Positions 50,317-60,875 are shown, counted from the stretch's first letter. The stretch is 64,000 nucleotides of DNA from Myxococcota bacterium (GCA_963674735.2 CAXXQS010000002.1:736001-800000), one strand, 5' to 3'. Notes: generated from the sequence alone by a model not told the origin. Numbers and translations: made by a program.

Positions 50317-51519
50317 ATGAACGCACACAACACGGTCTTACAGGCAATCGAACGCGGCACAATCGCGGCGCGCGACATGGCGCGCCTGGATGCCTGGCAA
50401 AAAGACGAAGCCTTATCAGCCCTGGCCGCAACCTTACGCCGTCATCGTGCATCCATCCTCGACGCAGCCGCATCCGACAACAGCGGCAAAACCGATGCCC
50501 CTTGGAGTCTGGATGCTGATGCCGTGGATCGTCTGGCCGACACGGCCGAACACCTGCTGCGATTGGCCGACCCCATCGGACAAGTCATCCCGCTTGATAG
50601 CAATGCCGATGACCCCGCTGCGAAAGGCTGGTCTGCGGCACGTTTACGCATGCCCATGGGACTTGTGGCCGTGGTCACCGAGGCCGCTCCCGGCTACGCC
50701 CTCCAATGCCTGATGGCCTGTATCAAATGCGGCAATGCCTGCCTCCTGCGCAGCGGTCCACGCGCCTTGCACACACTCGCGGCGCTGGATGCGGCCATAG
50801 GCGAAGCCCTCAAAGCCGTCAACCTACCCCGCCCGGCCTTCCAACTTTTATCCGACACCGGTCCCGAGGCCTTGACGGCCCTGCTTGCCGAGAGCGACCG
50901 CCTTCCGCTGGCTCTCGCCTGGGGTAATGGGGAGACTTTCGCCGCCACATTAAGAAAGTCCCAGATTCCCATTCTTTGGCCGGGAACGGGGACTCCGATT
51001 TTATACATACATCGCTCGGCCACTCTCGAACAGGTCGAGCACCTGTTGCAGACACCGGTGGCGGCGCATTTGCGCTGGTTGATCGACGCCGAGGTTCTAC
51101 CGAAAGTCGCCCCTTCCATCATCGATATCGCCGAGCGCTCGACATTCACGCTCACCGGCGATTCGGGCTGGCGTGCGACCGTCGGCCAAACCGAGCCCGT
51201 CACTCACCCAACCCAGCCAACCATCTCAATCGAGACGGCGGATGGACTTGACATGGCGCTCGACCTCATCAACCGTGAGGGTCGCGGACAACCGCTGGTG
51301 CTGGCGATCGGAGACTACGACGCCCAGAGTCAGCTGCTACGTGAAGCCGAGAGCGGTCTGATTCACATCAACACCCTGCCCTTGAACGATCTGTACACGT
51401 TATTCGATCCGGCGGCGGAGGATCCGGTGATTGGCTACAACGCACAGCGCCGCTTCGTGTTCGGTCCGGTGCGCCTCAGCGACCTGACCTTGCATAAAAC
51501 GATCCACCGCGCATTTTAA
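50317..51519 (+). CDS. Degenerate gamma-glutamyl phosphate reductase (ProA) homologue
   Basis: K..AL..LA..L, LADPIG, R.PMGLV.V..E, CIKCGNACLLRSG, GPV.L..LT..K align with ProA, but the catalytic CNA, ESRP and HT/STRF motifs are absent. Confidence 0.7.
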   Translation: MNAHNTVLQAIERGTIAARDMARLDAWQKDEALSALAATLRRHRASILDAAASDNSGKTDAPWSLDADAVDRLADTAEHLLRLADPIGQVIPLDSNADDPAAKGWSAARLRMPMGLVAVVTEAAPGYALQCLMACIKCGNACLLRSGPRALHTLAALDAAIGEALKAVNLPRPAFQLLSDTGPEALTALLAESDRLPLALAWGNGETFAATLRKSQIPILWPGTGTPILYIHRSATLEQVEHLLQTPVAAHLRWLIDAEVLPKVAPSIIDIAERSTFTLTGDSGWRATVGQTEPVTHPTQPTISIETADGLDMALDLINREGRGQPLVLAIGDYDAQSQLLREAESGLIHINTLPLNDLYTLFDPAAEDPVIGYNAQRRFVFGPVRLSDLTLHKTIHRAF

Positions 51520-51557
51520 GTAGAAAGAGAAAAGTTCGGTCGGATTCCGGGCTTACG

Positions 51558-52976
51558 TCAACGCTTGCCGTCCGGCTCGACCTCGGCCGACTTGGCTTCT
51601 TCCAGGTGATTGGGAAATGCCAGGGGATACTCGCCGGAGAAGCAGGCATGACAGAAGTTCTTGCCGCTTTTTTCCGTCGCCTCGACCATCCCACCCAGTG
51701 ACAGATAGCGTAAGCTGGTGGCCGTCAGTTGCTTGCGGATTTCTTCCACCGTGTGGGTCGCGGCAACCAGCTCTTGCCGGTTCGGAGTATCGATTCCATA
51801 GAAGCAGGGCGAAATGGTGGGAGGGGAACTGACACGCATATGCACTTCGGTGGCCCCGGCTTCCCATACCATTTTCACGATCTTGCGCGCCGTCGTACTG
51901 CGCACGATGGAGTCGTCGATCACCACCACCCGCTTGCCGCGAATGACAGCGCTGACCGGTAACAGTTTCAGTTTGACCCCGAAATGCCGGATCGACTGAG
52001 TCGGTTCGATGAACGTACGCCCCACGTAATGGCTTCGGATCAATCCCATTTCGAAGGGAATGCCCGCTTCCTGGCTGTAGCCGATAGCGGCCGGGACCCC
52101 CGAATCGGGCACCGGAATCACCACATCGGCCTCCACGGGATTCTCACGGGCCAAGGCGCATCCCATACGCTTGCGCACATCATAGACGCTACGATTGAAC
52201 AGCAACGTGTCGGGACGAGCGAAATAAACATATTCGAATATGCACTGGCGGTGCGGTTTAGCCTTCTCGAATGCCTGAATCGAACGCAGTTTGTTGTCGC
52301 CTTCGATCACGATCATCTCGCCCGGCTCGACTTCACGCACGTAAGTGCCGTCGATCAGCGATAAAGCCGTGGTTTCACTTGCGACCACCCAACTGCCTTC
52401 CAATTTACCCAAGACCAACGGGCGGAATCCCATCGGATCACGTACGGCAATCATTTTGCCCGGCTCTAAAAACACAACCGAATACGCACCGCTCACCTGA
52501 CTCAACGCATCGACGATCGCCTCTTCGGTGGTCTCTTTCCTCGAACGGGCAATGAGATGTACGATCGCCTCGGTATCCATCGTAGACTGGAAGATGGACC
52601 CTTCACTTTCGAGTTGGCGTTTCAAGAGGGCGGCGTTGACCAGGTTTCCGTTATGAGCGACAGCGAGTTGCCCGCGCGCGTAGTTCACCTGGAAAGGCTG
52701 CGCATTTTTCACATGCGAGGCACCGGCGGTGGAATAGCGGACATGCCCGATACCCGTACGGCCCGGCAATTTCTGGAGCACCGGCTCGCTGAACTGCTCC
52801 GAAACCAAACCCATCACCCGCTGAATATGCAGGCGGTGGTTGTCGTCGGTACAAATCCCCGCACTCTCCTGACCACGATGCTGTAAGGCGTGTAGGCCCA
52901 GGTAAATGAACCGCGCCGCCTCTTCGTGGTTGAAAATACCGAAGATGCCGCATTCCTCGCGAAACTTATCAAACAT
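51558..52976 (-). CDS. purF: Amidophosphoribosyltransferase
   Basis: Propeptide then CGIFG, LQHRGQE, GHVRYSTAG, HNGN, CIFEYVYFARPD, VPDSG, DDSIVR.TT, CFYGID, FCHACFSG. Confidence 0.98.
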   Translation of the reverse strand: MFDKFREECGIFGIFNHEEAARFIYLGLHALQHRGQESAGICTDDNHRLHIQRVMGLVSEQFSEPVLQKLPGRTGIGHVRYSTAGASHVKNAQPFQVNYARGQLAVAHNGNLVNAALLKRQLESEGSIFQSTMDTEAIVHLIARSRKETTEEAIVDALSQVSGAYSVVFLEPGKMIAVRDPMGFRPLVLGKLEGSWVVASETTALSLIDGTYVREVEPGEMIVIEGDNKLRSIQAFEKAKPHRQCIFEYVYFARPDTLLFNRSVYDVRKRMGCALARENPVEADVVIPVPDSGVPAAIGYSQEAGIPFEMGLIRSHYVGRTFIEPTQSIRHFGVKLKLLPVSAVIRGKRVVVIDDSIVRSTTARKIVKMVWEAGATEVHMRVSSPPTISPCFYGIDTPNRQELVAATHTVEEIRKQLTATSLRYLSLGGMVEATEKSGKNFCHACFSGEYPLAFPNHLEEAKSAEVEPDGKR

Positions 52977-53122
52977 CTCAGCTTCCTTGTCGTGGTGGAA
53001 ATAATTCCCTCAGCCGATGCCGCGCAACCGCAACCGGCAAAGCTTCGGTCGGATGGCGACCCGCGTCCGGTTTTCATCGCCACCGCCACACCCAATGAAA
53101 GCCGGACCTGCAAGAAGGGGGG

Positions 53123-53151
53123 ACTATGTCACGAAAGCCCGGCAAGGTCAA
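53123..53151 (-). promoter_or_regulatory. Putative sigma70 promoter of purF
   Basis: TTGACC (53151-53146), 17 bp, extended -10 TG-a-CATAGT (53128-53123). Confidence 0.55.
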
Positions 53152-53170
53152 TAGCAATACGGCCGGATTT

Positions 53171-54436
53171 TCAGGCTGGAGCCGCTTCAGTCCAGCGTTG
53201 AACCAGATTCAGCAAGGTACAAACGGCCTGTGCCATCACTCGTGTCGAAACCCATTCGCGCGGACCGTGGATCTGCATGGCCCCGGAGAAAATGTTGGGG
53301 GTGGGCAATCCCTTGGCGGTCAAGCCTGAGCCATCCGTTCCACCACGGATCGGCTTGAGTACGGGCTCAATACCGGCATCATGCACGGCCTGCACCAGAC
53401 GATCGGCCACGTCGGGCCTTTTTGCCAACCAGATCGACATGTTACGATAGGTTTCCGTAATCTCGACATGGGTCTTCAAACGCGGCTCCTCCTCCTCGAT
53501 CGCTTCGACCAGACGCCGTAGCCGGTGGCCACGCATCTTGAGCTCCTTCTCATCGAAGTCGCGAATGATCAGTTTCAAGGTGGCTTCGGACGCATTGCCG
53601 CTTATGTTGGTGGGATGTATAAATCCCTCGCGTCCGTCGGTGGCTTCGGGACTTTCGTCAGCTGGCAACCGGTCGAGCAGACGTCCCAGAGAGCGCAAGG
53701 CGTTGATCAATTTGCCCTTGGCGTAACCGGGATGCACGGCAACCCCGGTAAAGGTGATTTTGGCGGCATCGGCACAGAACGTTTCGGCATTGACTTCACC
53801 CGCAAACCCGCCATCGACCGTATAGGCGGCATCCGCCCCGAAGCGTGCGACATCGAAACGTTCGGCTCCCCGTCCAACCTCCTCATCGGGGGTGAAACCC
53901 ACTCGGATGGTCGGACGCGGCAGATCGGGATTCGCAACAAGAACCGTCAGAGCCGCCAATATTTCCGCCGCTCCGGCTTTGTCATCCGCTCCCAAAAGCG
54001 TCGAACCGTCGGAGGTGATGATCGTATCGCCCACGCAATCGAGAATCTCCGGCGATTGACGCGACGTAATCAGCACTCCGTTGGGCAACTCAATCGATCC
54101 ACCTCGATAGGGATCGTGAAAAATAGGATTGACATTTTTACCGGAAAAGTCGGGAGCCGTATCCACATGGGCCAGAAGTCCCACCGTCGGCGCATCCGGG
54201 ACGTTTCCGGGAAGGGTGGCGAATAAATACCCGTTCTCATCGCGTTCCGCATCGGCTAACCCGATTGCCTTCAGTCGTTCTTCAAGCCATTCCAGCGCCA
54301 CAAGCTGGCCGGGCGTAGAGGGCCAACTGTCGCTGCCTTCGTCGGCCGTGGTTTCCATACGCGCCAAGGCTAAAAAGTCCTCGACCAACGCGGTATCGGT
54401 CAAGATCGGGGCCGCATCGTTGAACGCTCGCTTCAT
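53171..54436 (-). CDS. pepT: Peptidase T (tripeptidase, M20B)
   Basis: PST.GQ, AHVDT.PD, SDG.TLLGADDKAG, FTPDEE.G.G, HPG.AK, PIRGGTDG..L..KGLPTPNIF.G...H...EW. Confidence 0.95.
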   Translation of the reverse strand: MKRAFNDAAPILTDTALVEDFLALARMETTADEGSDSWPSTPGQLVALEWLEERLKAIGLADAERDENGYLFATLPGNVPDAPTVGLLAHVDTAPDFSGKNVNPIFHDPYRGGSIELPNGVLITSRQSPEILDCVGDTIITSDGSTLLGADDKAGAAEILAALTVLVANPDLPRPTIRVGFTPDEEVGRGAERFDVARFGADAAYTVDGGFAGEVNAETFCADAAKITFTGVAVHPGYAKGKLINALRSLGRLLDRLPADESPEATDGREGFIHPTNISGNASEATLKLIIRDFDEKELKMRGHRLRRLVEAIEEEEPRLKTHVEITETYRNMSIWLAKRPDVADRLVQAVHDAGIEPVLKPIRGGTDGSGLTAKGLPTPNIFSGAMQIHGPREWVSTRVMAQAVCTLLNLVQRWTEAAPA

Positions 54437-54474
54437 CCTTACCTCCGGTATCAATCAATGACAGTCCCTGAAAC

Positions 54475-54498
54475 AAAAAAACGGGACCGTCGGTCCCG
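54475..54498 (-). terminator. Rho-independent terminator between arsR and pepT
   Basis: Minus strand CGGGACC-GAC-GGTCCCG followed by T7. Confidence 0.75.
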
Positions 54499-54525
54499 CG
54501 ATCATAGCACAGCCCGCTCACGCCG

Positions 54526-54828
54526 TCACCCCCGACGGCGCGATCCGATCCATTTGGCCAGCCGCGCGGCCAGAGCGTGGTTGATGGAATAAACCACCGC
54601 ACTACCGCTCCGCACTCCCTTGACCACGCCGCGGCTCTTGAGCTTGGCCAGATGTTGACTGACAGCCGATTGATTCAACTCAAGCCGCGTCCACAAACTC
54701 TTGACATTCGCGGGCTGTTCAGCCAGTAATACCAGCAGTTTAAGCCGCACGGGGTGTCCCAGTACGCGCAGCAACTCAGCTTCCTGCAAATAATCCCCAT
54801 CAGGGCTGTTTCTCGGTTTATCGACCAT
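54526..54828 (-). CDS. ArsR/SmtB family regulator
   Basis: LGHPVRLKLL, QSAVSQHLA.L, R.G..V.Y; GGAGG ribosome-binding site. Confidence 0.9.
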   Translation of the reverse strand: MVDKPRNSPDGDYLQEAELLRVLGHPVRLKLLVLLAEQPANVKSLWTRLELNQSAVSQHLAKLKSRGVVKGVRSGSAVVYSINHALAARLAKWIGSRRRG

Positions 54829-54964
54829 TCTTCCTCCGGCACCAGACTCCAATCACTGTTATACTCATTATATACATTGGGAACAACGATACAACTGAAA
54901 ACGTCGATCGCGTGGTGCGTATTCGAAAAGCAACAGACCGGAAGAAGAAAGAGGAAAACCCAGT

Positions 54965-57900
54965 TTAAACGTTATACGATCTTTCCGTATCAACCAAATC
55001 ACGCAAAACGGCAGGAAGAAGGGCCATGATATTCTGCACCAGCTTGCGCTCCAACACCGGTTTGGAAAGAAAGCCATCCGCTCCGGCCGTCAATGCGCGC
55101 TGGTGATGCTTGGCGCCACCGCGCGAGGTCAAAACGAGAAGCGGCAAATGCGCGGTTTCGGGATTCTCGCGCACCCGTTCCATCAATTCGTAGCCGTTCA
55201 GATTGGGCATCTCGAGATCCACGATCACCAGATCGGGCTTTAAGGTCTGCACCTTCTGCAACGCCACCAGCCCGTCTTTGGCCGTCGTAACGCGCATCCC
55301 GTGCTTGGCAAGCATATATGCCAATGTTTTTCTAACCGAGAGGGAATCATCGGCCACCAGAACTTCCACCTTACGCGGAGGACCGGGATCCGAGACAACC
55401 ATGGCGGGCAAATCGTCGTCCAATTCAAACAGGAAAGGAACATTCAGAACGGGTCGCACGTCCCCTTGCACCGTCACGGCCGTTCCCAGAAAATGGGAAC
55501 TGGCATCCAGAAGATTCGGAAGCTGCCGAACGATCACATCATCACGCCCGGTCACCGCGTTCACCACCAACGCCATACGACGATCCCCCGCCTTGAGGAT
55601 AATCACCGGCAGTCGTTGAAAGTTGCGTTCGTGGTCGAGCCGAAAAAAGCCCGCCAACCAGTTAACCGGCAAGATTTCGCCGTTCACTGACAAAGATTCC
55701 TCATCGGCGGCATCGAGGTCAACCATCCCGGGTTCCACAATGGTTTCGACATAGTTCATCGGCAAACTGAAATGAAACCGTTCGGCCGTCACGAAAAGGA
55801 TGGGCTGTACCGCGATCGTCATGGGCAATTTGATGGTAACCCGCGTTCCGGCTTCCGGCTCCGATTCCAGGGAAATCGAACCGTACAATTCGGCAATGGC
55901 GTGACGTACCGCATCCATTCCCACCCCGCGCCCCGACACCGTTCCGGCTTTGGGCCGCGTGCTGATCTGTGGGTGGAAAACCAAGTTCAGGAGTTCTTCG
56001 CGACTTTTGTTTTTCAGATCCTCTTCGTTCATCAGGCCGGCCTGCAAAGCCACCTCGGCAATGGCGTTCACATCGATTCCCGCACCGTCGTCGTCGATAC
56101 GCAAGACCACCGAACGTTCCTCGGTACTGGCCGACAAACGCAAAACGCCCGTCGCAGATTTACCGAGTCGCTCTCGTTCTTCCGGCAGTTCGATCCCGTG
56201 ATCGAGGCAATTGCGAATGACGTGCAGAAGCGAATCGGCAATGGTATCGATGACGCTTTTGTCGATTTCGGTCTGCCCGCCATACGTGAAGACACGCAGC
56301 TTTTTCCCCAGCGAGCGAGCAATATTCATACTTTGATAAGTGAGTGTGCGGAAGAACGTATCCATGGGAACCATACGGATCTGGATCATTTCGTCCTGAA
56401 TCTTACTCACGAGCGTATTGAACTCATAGCCCTGTTCGGTAAAATTGACCAGAAGGCTTTCGAGAATCTTGAAAACCGAACTGATTCGGTGGTCGAGATC
56501 TTCCAAATTCCGCGCGAATACGGCGAGGTCGGAATAGTGATCGAATTCCAGGTCACTGAAACCGGAACTATTGGGCTCCATCATGCCCGGCAACGGCATC
56601 GACCACTGGTGCTTCCGTTGAAAATCGCCAACCAATTTGGAAAGATTTTTACGTTCCCACTTGAGCTTTTTCGATAACCCGGAGAAAAGGCCGGTCAGAT
56701 CATCCAGGCGCGTGCGATAGGAGCTAAGCTCGCTCACCAGATTGATCATCTGATCCATGCGCGCCATCGAAACACGAAAGGTACGCGGATCGAGAACGGA
56801 TTCAACGGGCCGTTCGGAGGACGCCGGAACCGTTTGAGAATTCGCGGCCTCGTCGAACATCGATTCCGCCGCCGGATCTCCACCCGTCTGTCCGGCCGGT
56901 AAGATCTGAGCCACCAACCGATAAAGATCGCCAACCAGCCGATCCCCTTCTTCCGATTTCTCCGTCCCGATCTCGATCAATCGGCGTAAAATGCTTTCCG
57001 AACGATACAAAACGTCCAGCAGCACTTCGTCCAATGGCTGTTCCTTCTCGCGCCATAAATCGAACAGGTCTTCAAGGCGATGCGCCGCACGGGCCACCCG
57101 CTCGTTCCCGACCGTCGCCGCAGCACCTTTCAACGTATGTACGACACGATAAACCTGCTGCACCCGCTCGGACGAACGATCCCCGTTTTCAGCCTCCAGG
57201 ATATGCTGGCCAAGGGCCGCAAGATGCTCCTGGCTCTCCTGCATGAAGGCTTCTTCCAAATGGCGACGCATGGCCATATCGTCCAAGATGGGAGGAGCAT
57301 CGTAATCGAGCGATTCATCCTCCGTATCCTGGGGAATAAGCCTCGGCAGAATCAATTCGATATCATGCCGAAAGGCCTCCATAATCTCGACGTGCCGCCG
57401 TTCTCCTCGGGTCAGGTTCCGTAGAATGCCTTCCAAAGCCGCAAGAGCCGACTCGAAAAAACCCGAGACGGCATTGTCGATCGTCAAGCGACCGACTTCG
57501 ATATCTTCGAAAACGGCGACCATCACCGAGAGAACATCGAACAGTTCCTCCTGTTCGACCATCGCCGCGGACCCTTTGATATTCATCAGATAACGGAACA
57601 GGCGATTGCGCTCGATGGCACTTTCCGGTTCGCGACTCAGTTCGGCAACGCTACGGCGCATGCCTTTGAGAATCTCTCCCGCTTCTTCAACAAACAATTC
57701 GCGCAACTCATCGGATACGCTGTCGGGCAATCCCCCGGTTTGCAGGCCTGATTCGCTGACATGCGCGACATTCTTCCAGATGCCCACACAATCATCGCTG
57801 CGACCTTCACGAACCGCTTCGAGCATATCCACCAAAGCCAGACGAATCGTCCGGCTTTCTTCTTCGAGATCGGAAACCGTCGCCCCTCCACGAGCTTCCA

Positions 57901-58120
57901 TCTCTCCCAGTTTTTTGGAGAACGCGGCGGCAGCCTGAGCGATGGGATCCAATTGTACCGTGCTCGCGGCACCCTTGAAATTGTGCAACACATCATGCAG
58001 AGACGCGCGCACACCCAGAGGCTCGTCGGTATGTTGCGACAAGATTTGTGCGATGCGGCGCAGGTAGCCTTCCGCTTCGTCGAGGAAAGTGGCAAGCAAC
58101 TCCTGACGGTCGGGGGTCAT
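54965..58120 (-). CDS. ChpA/PilL-type hybrid CheA (three Hpt-like domains, HATPase, CheW, receiver)
   Basis: HNFKGAA, MNIKGSAA, HTLKGAA; LEFDHY; H.IRN..DHGIE; SGRGVGMD; C-terminal DDSLSVR...DLEMP...LTSR. Confidence 0.93.
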   Translation of the reverse strand: MTPDRQELLATFLDEAEGYLRRIAQILSQHTDEPLGVRASLHDVLHNFKGAASTVQLDPIAQAAAAFSKKLGEMEARGGATVSDLEEESRTIRLALVDMLEAVREGRSDDCVGIWKNVAHVSESGLQTGGLPDSVSDELRELFVEEAGEILKGMRRSVAELSREPESAIERNRLFRYLMNIKGSAAMVEQEELFDVLSVMVAVFEDIEVGRLTIDNAVSGFFESALAALEGILRNLTRGERRHVEIMEAFRHDIELILPRLIPQDTEDESLDYDAPPILDDMAMRRHLEEAFMQESQEHLAALGQHILEAENGDRSSERVQQVYRVVHTLKGAAATVGNERVARAAHRLEDLFDLWREKEQPLDEVLLDVLYRSESILRRLIEIGTEKSEEGDRLVGDLYRLVAQILPAGQTGGDPAAESMFDEAANSQTVPASSERPVESVLDPRTFRVSMARMDQMINLVSELSSYRTRLDDLTGLFSGLSKKLKWERKNLSKLVGDFQRKHQWSMPLPGMMEPNSSGFSDLEFDHYSDLAVFARNLEDLDHRISSVFKILESLLVNFTEQGYEFNTLVSKIQDEMIQIRMVPMDTFFRTLTYQSMNIARSLGKKLRVFTYGGQTEIDKSVIDTIADSLLHVIRNCLDHGIELPEERERLGKSATGVLRLSASTEERSVVLRIDDDGAGIDVNAIAEVALQAGLMNEEDLKNKSREELLNLVFHPQISTRPKAGTVSGRGVGMDAVRHAIAELYGSISLESEPEAGTRVTIKLPMTIAVQPILFVTAERFHFSLPMNYVETIVEPGMVDLDAADEESLSVNGEILPVNWLAGFFRLDHERNFQRLPVIILKAGDRRMALVVNAVTGRDDVIVRQLPNLLDASSHFLGTAVTVQGDVRPVLNVPFLFELDDDLPAMVVSDPGPPRKVEVLVADDSLSVRKTLAYMLAKHGMRVTTAKDGLVALQKVQTLKPDLVIVDLEMPNLNGYELMERVRENPETAHLPLLVLTSRGGAKHHQRALTAGADGFLSKPVLERKLVQNIMALLPAVLRDLVDTERSYNV

Positions 58121-58129
58121 CGGAACTCC

Positions 58130-60319
58130 CTAATCCGTCACGGGTTCAAAAGAGTCGTCATCCGATTCGGCATCGGATGATGGCGAAACACCCTCTGCGG
58201 CCGCAAGCTCCACCTGCGGGTCGAAGTCGGACTCGCCGAGCAGATTAGCCAGACCGGTCGTATCCTGATCTTTCAGGGCGGGCAACATCCAGGTCGCCTT
58301 CAACCCTCGATCGAAATCCGGCTGCAGGCGATATGAATGAATAAGGCTGTTGAGAATCAACAGGGGATCGTATAGATTTTTGGTCTCTTTGGTGCTGCGA
58401 TAAATCCCTTCGGTGGTTTCACGCGACACCTGATAAATCGATTTGATCTGTTCGCCGATTTCGTCGGTCTGGTTCACCATTTGACGTGAGACGTTGGAAA
58501 TCTCCATGATTTTTTCGGCGGCCGCACCGATCACCTGATCGATCTGGCGCAGAGTCGACCCCGCCTGGTCGGCCTGTTTCCAGCCTTGCTCCACTTCGCG
58601 AGTCACCTCTTCCATGGCCAAAACGGCATCGTTGGTTTCGATCTGGATATCTTCGATGAACGAGGAAATTTCTTTGGTGGCGTTGGAGGTGCGTTCGGCC
58701 AGTTTGCGAATTTCGTCGGCAACCACCGCAAAGCCCTTGCCCTGTTCACCGGCCTTGCTGGCTTCGATGGTGGCGTTGAGCGAGAGAATGTTGGTCCGCG
58801 CCGAAATGTCGTTGATCAACTCGACGATGGCATTGATCTCCAGAGAACGGTCGCCCAAGGTCTTGATGGTTTTGGCGGTAGACTGCACGTTGGAGCGCAT
58901 ACGCTGCATGCTTTGGATGGTGGCATTGACGGTTCCCGCCCCTTCTTTGGCGGCGATGGTAGCTTTTTGCGCTTCTTCGTTGGCCATATCCGCCGAAAAC
59001 GAGACCCGTTGCATACTGCGCGCGGCCTGCTGCACCATGCTGGTGACATAGTGGATTTCCCGGCCTTGGCGCTTGGCGTCCAACGCGATCTTCCGCGAAG
59101 CATCCATGATGGAATTCGCACCCATGGAAATAAGCATACCCGCTTCGCGCACTTTGGCCACCAGGTTGGACATGTGATCGAGCATCATGTTGAAGGCATC
59201 CATCACCGACCCCAGCACATCCTCCGACACCTGCCCACGTTCAGTCAAGTCGCCATCGGAGGCGCGGCTGACCAATTCCAGCAAGCTGATGATATTTTCC
59301 TGAATGCGCTTTTTGTCTTCTTCACTCTGAATCAGTTCGGTGGTAGTATCCAGCATCCGATTGAGCGCCTGACCCAACTCCAGAAATTCCTCCCGCATGC
59401 CATCCAATCGAACGCGGCGGTCCAAATCTCCGCGCCGAATCGCTTCGGCCGTGTCGGTCAATTCGCGCACCGGATTGATCACACGTAAACGGGTGCTTCG
59501 GAATAGCAGGATAACGATTATTCCCCCGACCAAAGCTCCGGCGATCAGCAACGCCAAACTGGTACTGCGAATTTTACGCGATTTTTGATCGATGGCCATC
59601 AAGGTTTGATTGATCTGATTGAGCGATCCTTCCATCTCACCCACCACCTGGCGGGTCAACCCGCCGATGGAAGCGACGACAGACAGCGAATAAGGCGTGT
59701 CTTTAATGGGGCGCACAATAACGAATTTGGCGGACTCCGACTCGGGGCCGGTTTCGCTATTTGTTGCCATATCACGTGGGCGATAAACGGCCGAGATCGT
59801 TCCGATATTGTCCTGCAAGGACGGATTTGTTCGCAGGTCTTTGAGGATTTTCAAATAGCCCTTCTCGCGCATCAGGCGACTGACCAGGGGTAGATTCTGG
59901 TCGATACTGCCACCGGGCTCCACGTATTTGTCGAGAATTATTTTATCGAAAAACGGATTGAGAATGGATACTTGGCTTTCTTCGCCGATACGAGCCGTCT
60001 GAACCATCTCCAACATGTAACGATCGTTGGGCAATTCGCTTTCAATCAGGTTACGCATCGAAACAATCAGCGCCGATTCGTTGGATAAGGTCTCGGAGCG
60101 ACGCAATGCCGACAGTTTGAACAAGGTCTCGGTGTTGTTCATGGCCTTGCGCAACGATTCGTTGGCCTGAACGTAAGAAGCCGTGGTTTTTTCCTTGATA
60201 TCACTGACATCCAGGTTCACGACCAACGTCAGAACGGTCACGCACAGGTAAGGAAAAGCCACCGCAATCAGAATGACGGCGATCAGCTGTTTTCGTAATC
60301 CGATGCGGGTGTTGGACAT
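58130..60319 (-). CDS. PilJ-like methyl-accepting chemotaxis protein
   Basis: Two transmembrane segments, HAMP, I..LL..V..ASDGDLT, RTNILSLNATIEASKAGEQGKGFAVVADEIRKLAER. Confidence 0.93.
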   Translation of the reverse strand: MSNTRIGLRKQLIAVILIAVAFPYLCVTVLTLVVNLDVSDIKEKTTASYVQANESLRKAMNNTETLFKLSALRRSETLSNESALIVSMRNLIESELPNDRYMLEMVQTARIGEESQVSILNPFFDKIILDKYVEPGGSIDQNLPLVSRLMREKGYLKILKDLRTNPSLQDNIGTISAVYRPRDMATNSETGPESESAKFVIVRPIKDTPYSLSVVASIGGLTRQVVGEMEGSLNQINQTLMAIDQKSRKIRSTSLALLIAGALVGGIIVILLFRSTRLRVINPVRELTDTAEAIRRGDLDRRVRLDGMREEFLELGQALNRMLDTTTELIQSEEDKKRIQENIISLLELVSRASDGDLTERGQVSEDVLGSVMDAFNMMLDHMSNLVAKVREAGMLISMGANSIMDASRKIALDAKRQGREIHYVTSMVQQAARSMQRVSFSADMANEEAQKATIAAKEGAGTVNATIQSMQRMRSNVQSTAKTIKTLGDRSLEINAIVELINDISARTNILSLNATIEASKAGEQGKGFAVVADEIRKLAERTSNATKEISSFIEDIQIETNDAVLAMEEVTREVEQGWKQADQAGSTLRQIDQVIGAAAEKIMEISNVSRQMVNQTDEIGEQIKSIYQVSRETTEGIYRSTKETKNLYDPLLILNSLIHSYRLQPDFDRGLKATWMLPALKDQDTTGLANLLGESDFDPQVELAAAEGVSPSSDAESDDDSFEPVTD

Positions 60320-60338
60320 CAATCGCTCCCGTAAACTG

Positions 60339-60821
60339 TCAGATTCTATCCGGTTCGCCTGGTTCGTCAACCCTCACACCGGCATGACGCATTTCCCGTC
60401 GGATCTGCCCTTCCGTCAACCTGAGCAGTTGATCCACATCCACCACCGTGACCGTCGGTCCCGGCTGAGATAACGTGAAACGCGAGATCGGCGTAACGCA
60501 AGGTTGCAGGTCGTCCACATCGGCGGTTACGATTTTATGTATTTCGCTGGCCGCAATGCTGAAACGCTGCCCGGCCGCCTCCACCAGGATTGCCTGCAGG
60601 TGGCGAAAATAGGGCATCCCCGTATCAGGCAGATTTAACGCCGCCAAATCCAGGACCACCAGCGCTTCCCCGTGGTAATTCGTCAGCCCCATCAGGATTG
60701 AAGGTGTCAACGGTAAAGTGGTCAGATTGTCCAGATCGAAAACACGTTCCACTAGTTTGGTTGGAAGCGCCCAACGTCCCGCCGCATCCTGAAAGAGTAA
60801 AAATTCCGACTTCGCCAGCAT
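60339..60821 (-). CDS. CheW/PilI-like adaptor
   Basis: ALP...VERV, T.LP.TP...MGL.NYHGE...VLDL. Confidence 0.88.
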   Translation of the reverse strand: MLAKSEFLLFQDAAGRWALPTKLVERVFDLDNLTTLPLTPSILMGLTNYHGEALVVLDLAALNLPDTGMPYFRHLQAILVEAAGQRFSIAASEIHKIVTADVDDLQPCVTPISRFTLSQPGPTVTVVDVDQLLRLTEGQIRREMRHAGVRVDEPGEPDRI

Positions 60822-60875
60822 AAGGTTGCCTCGCACGACCGCACAGGTGCCTGGACAGACCGCAAGGTCGCTTGG

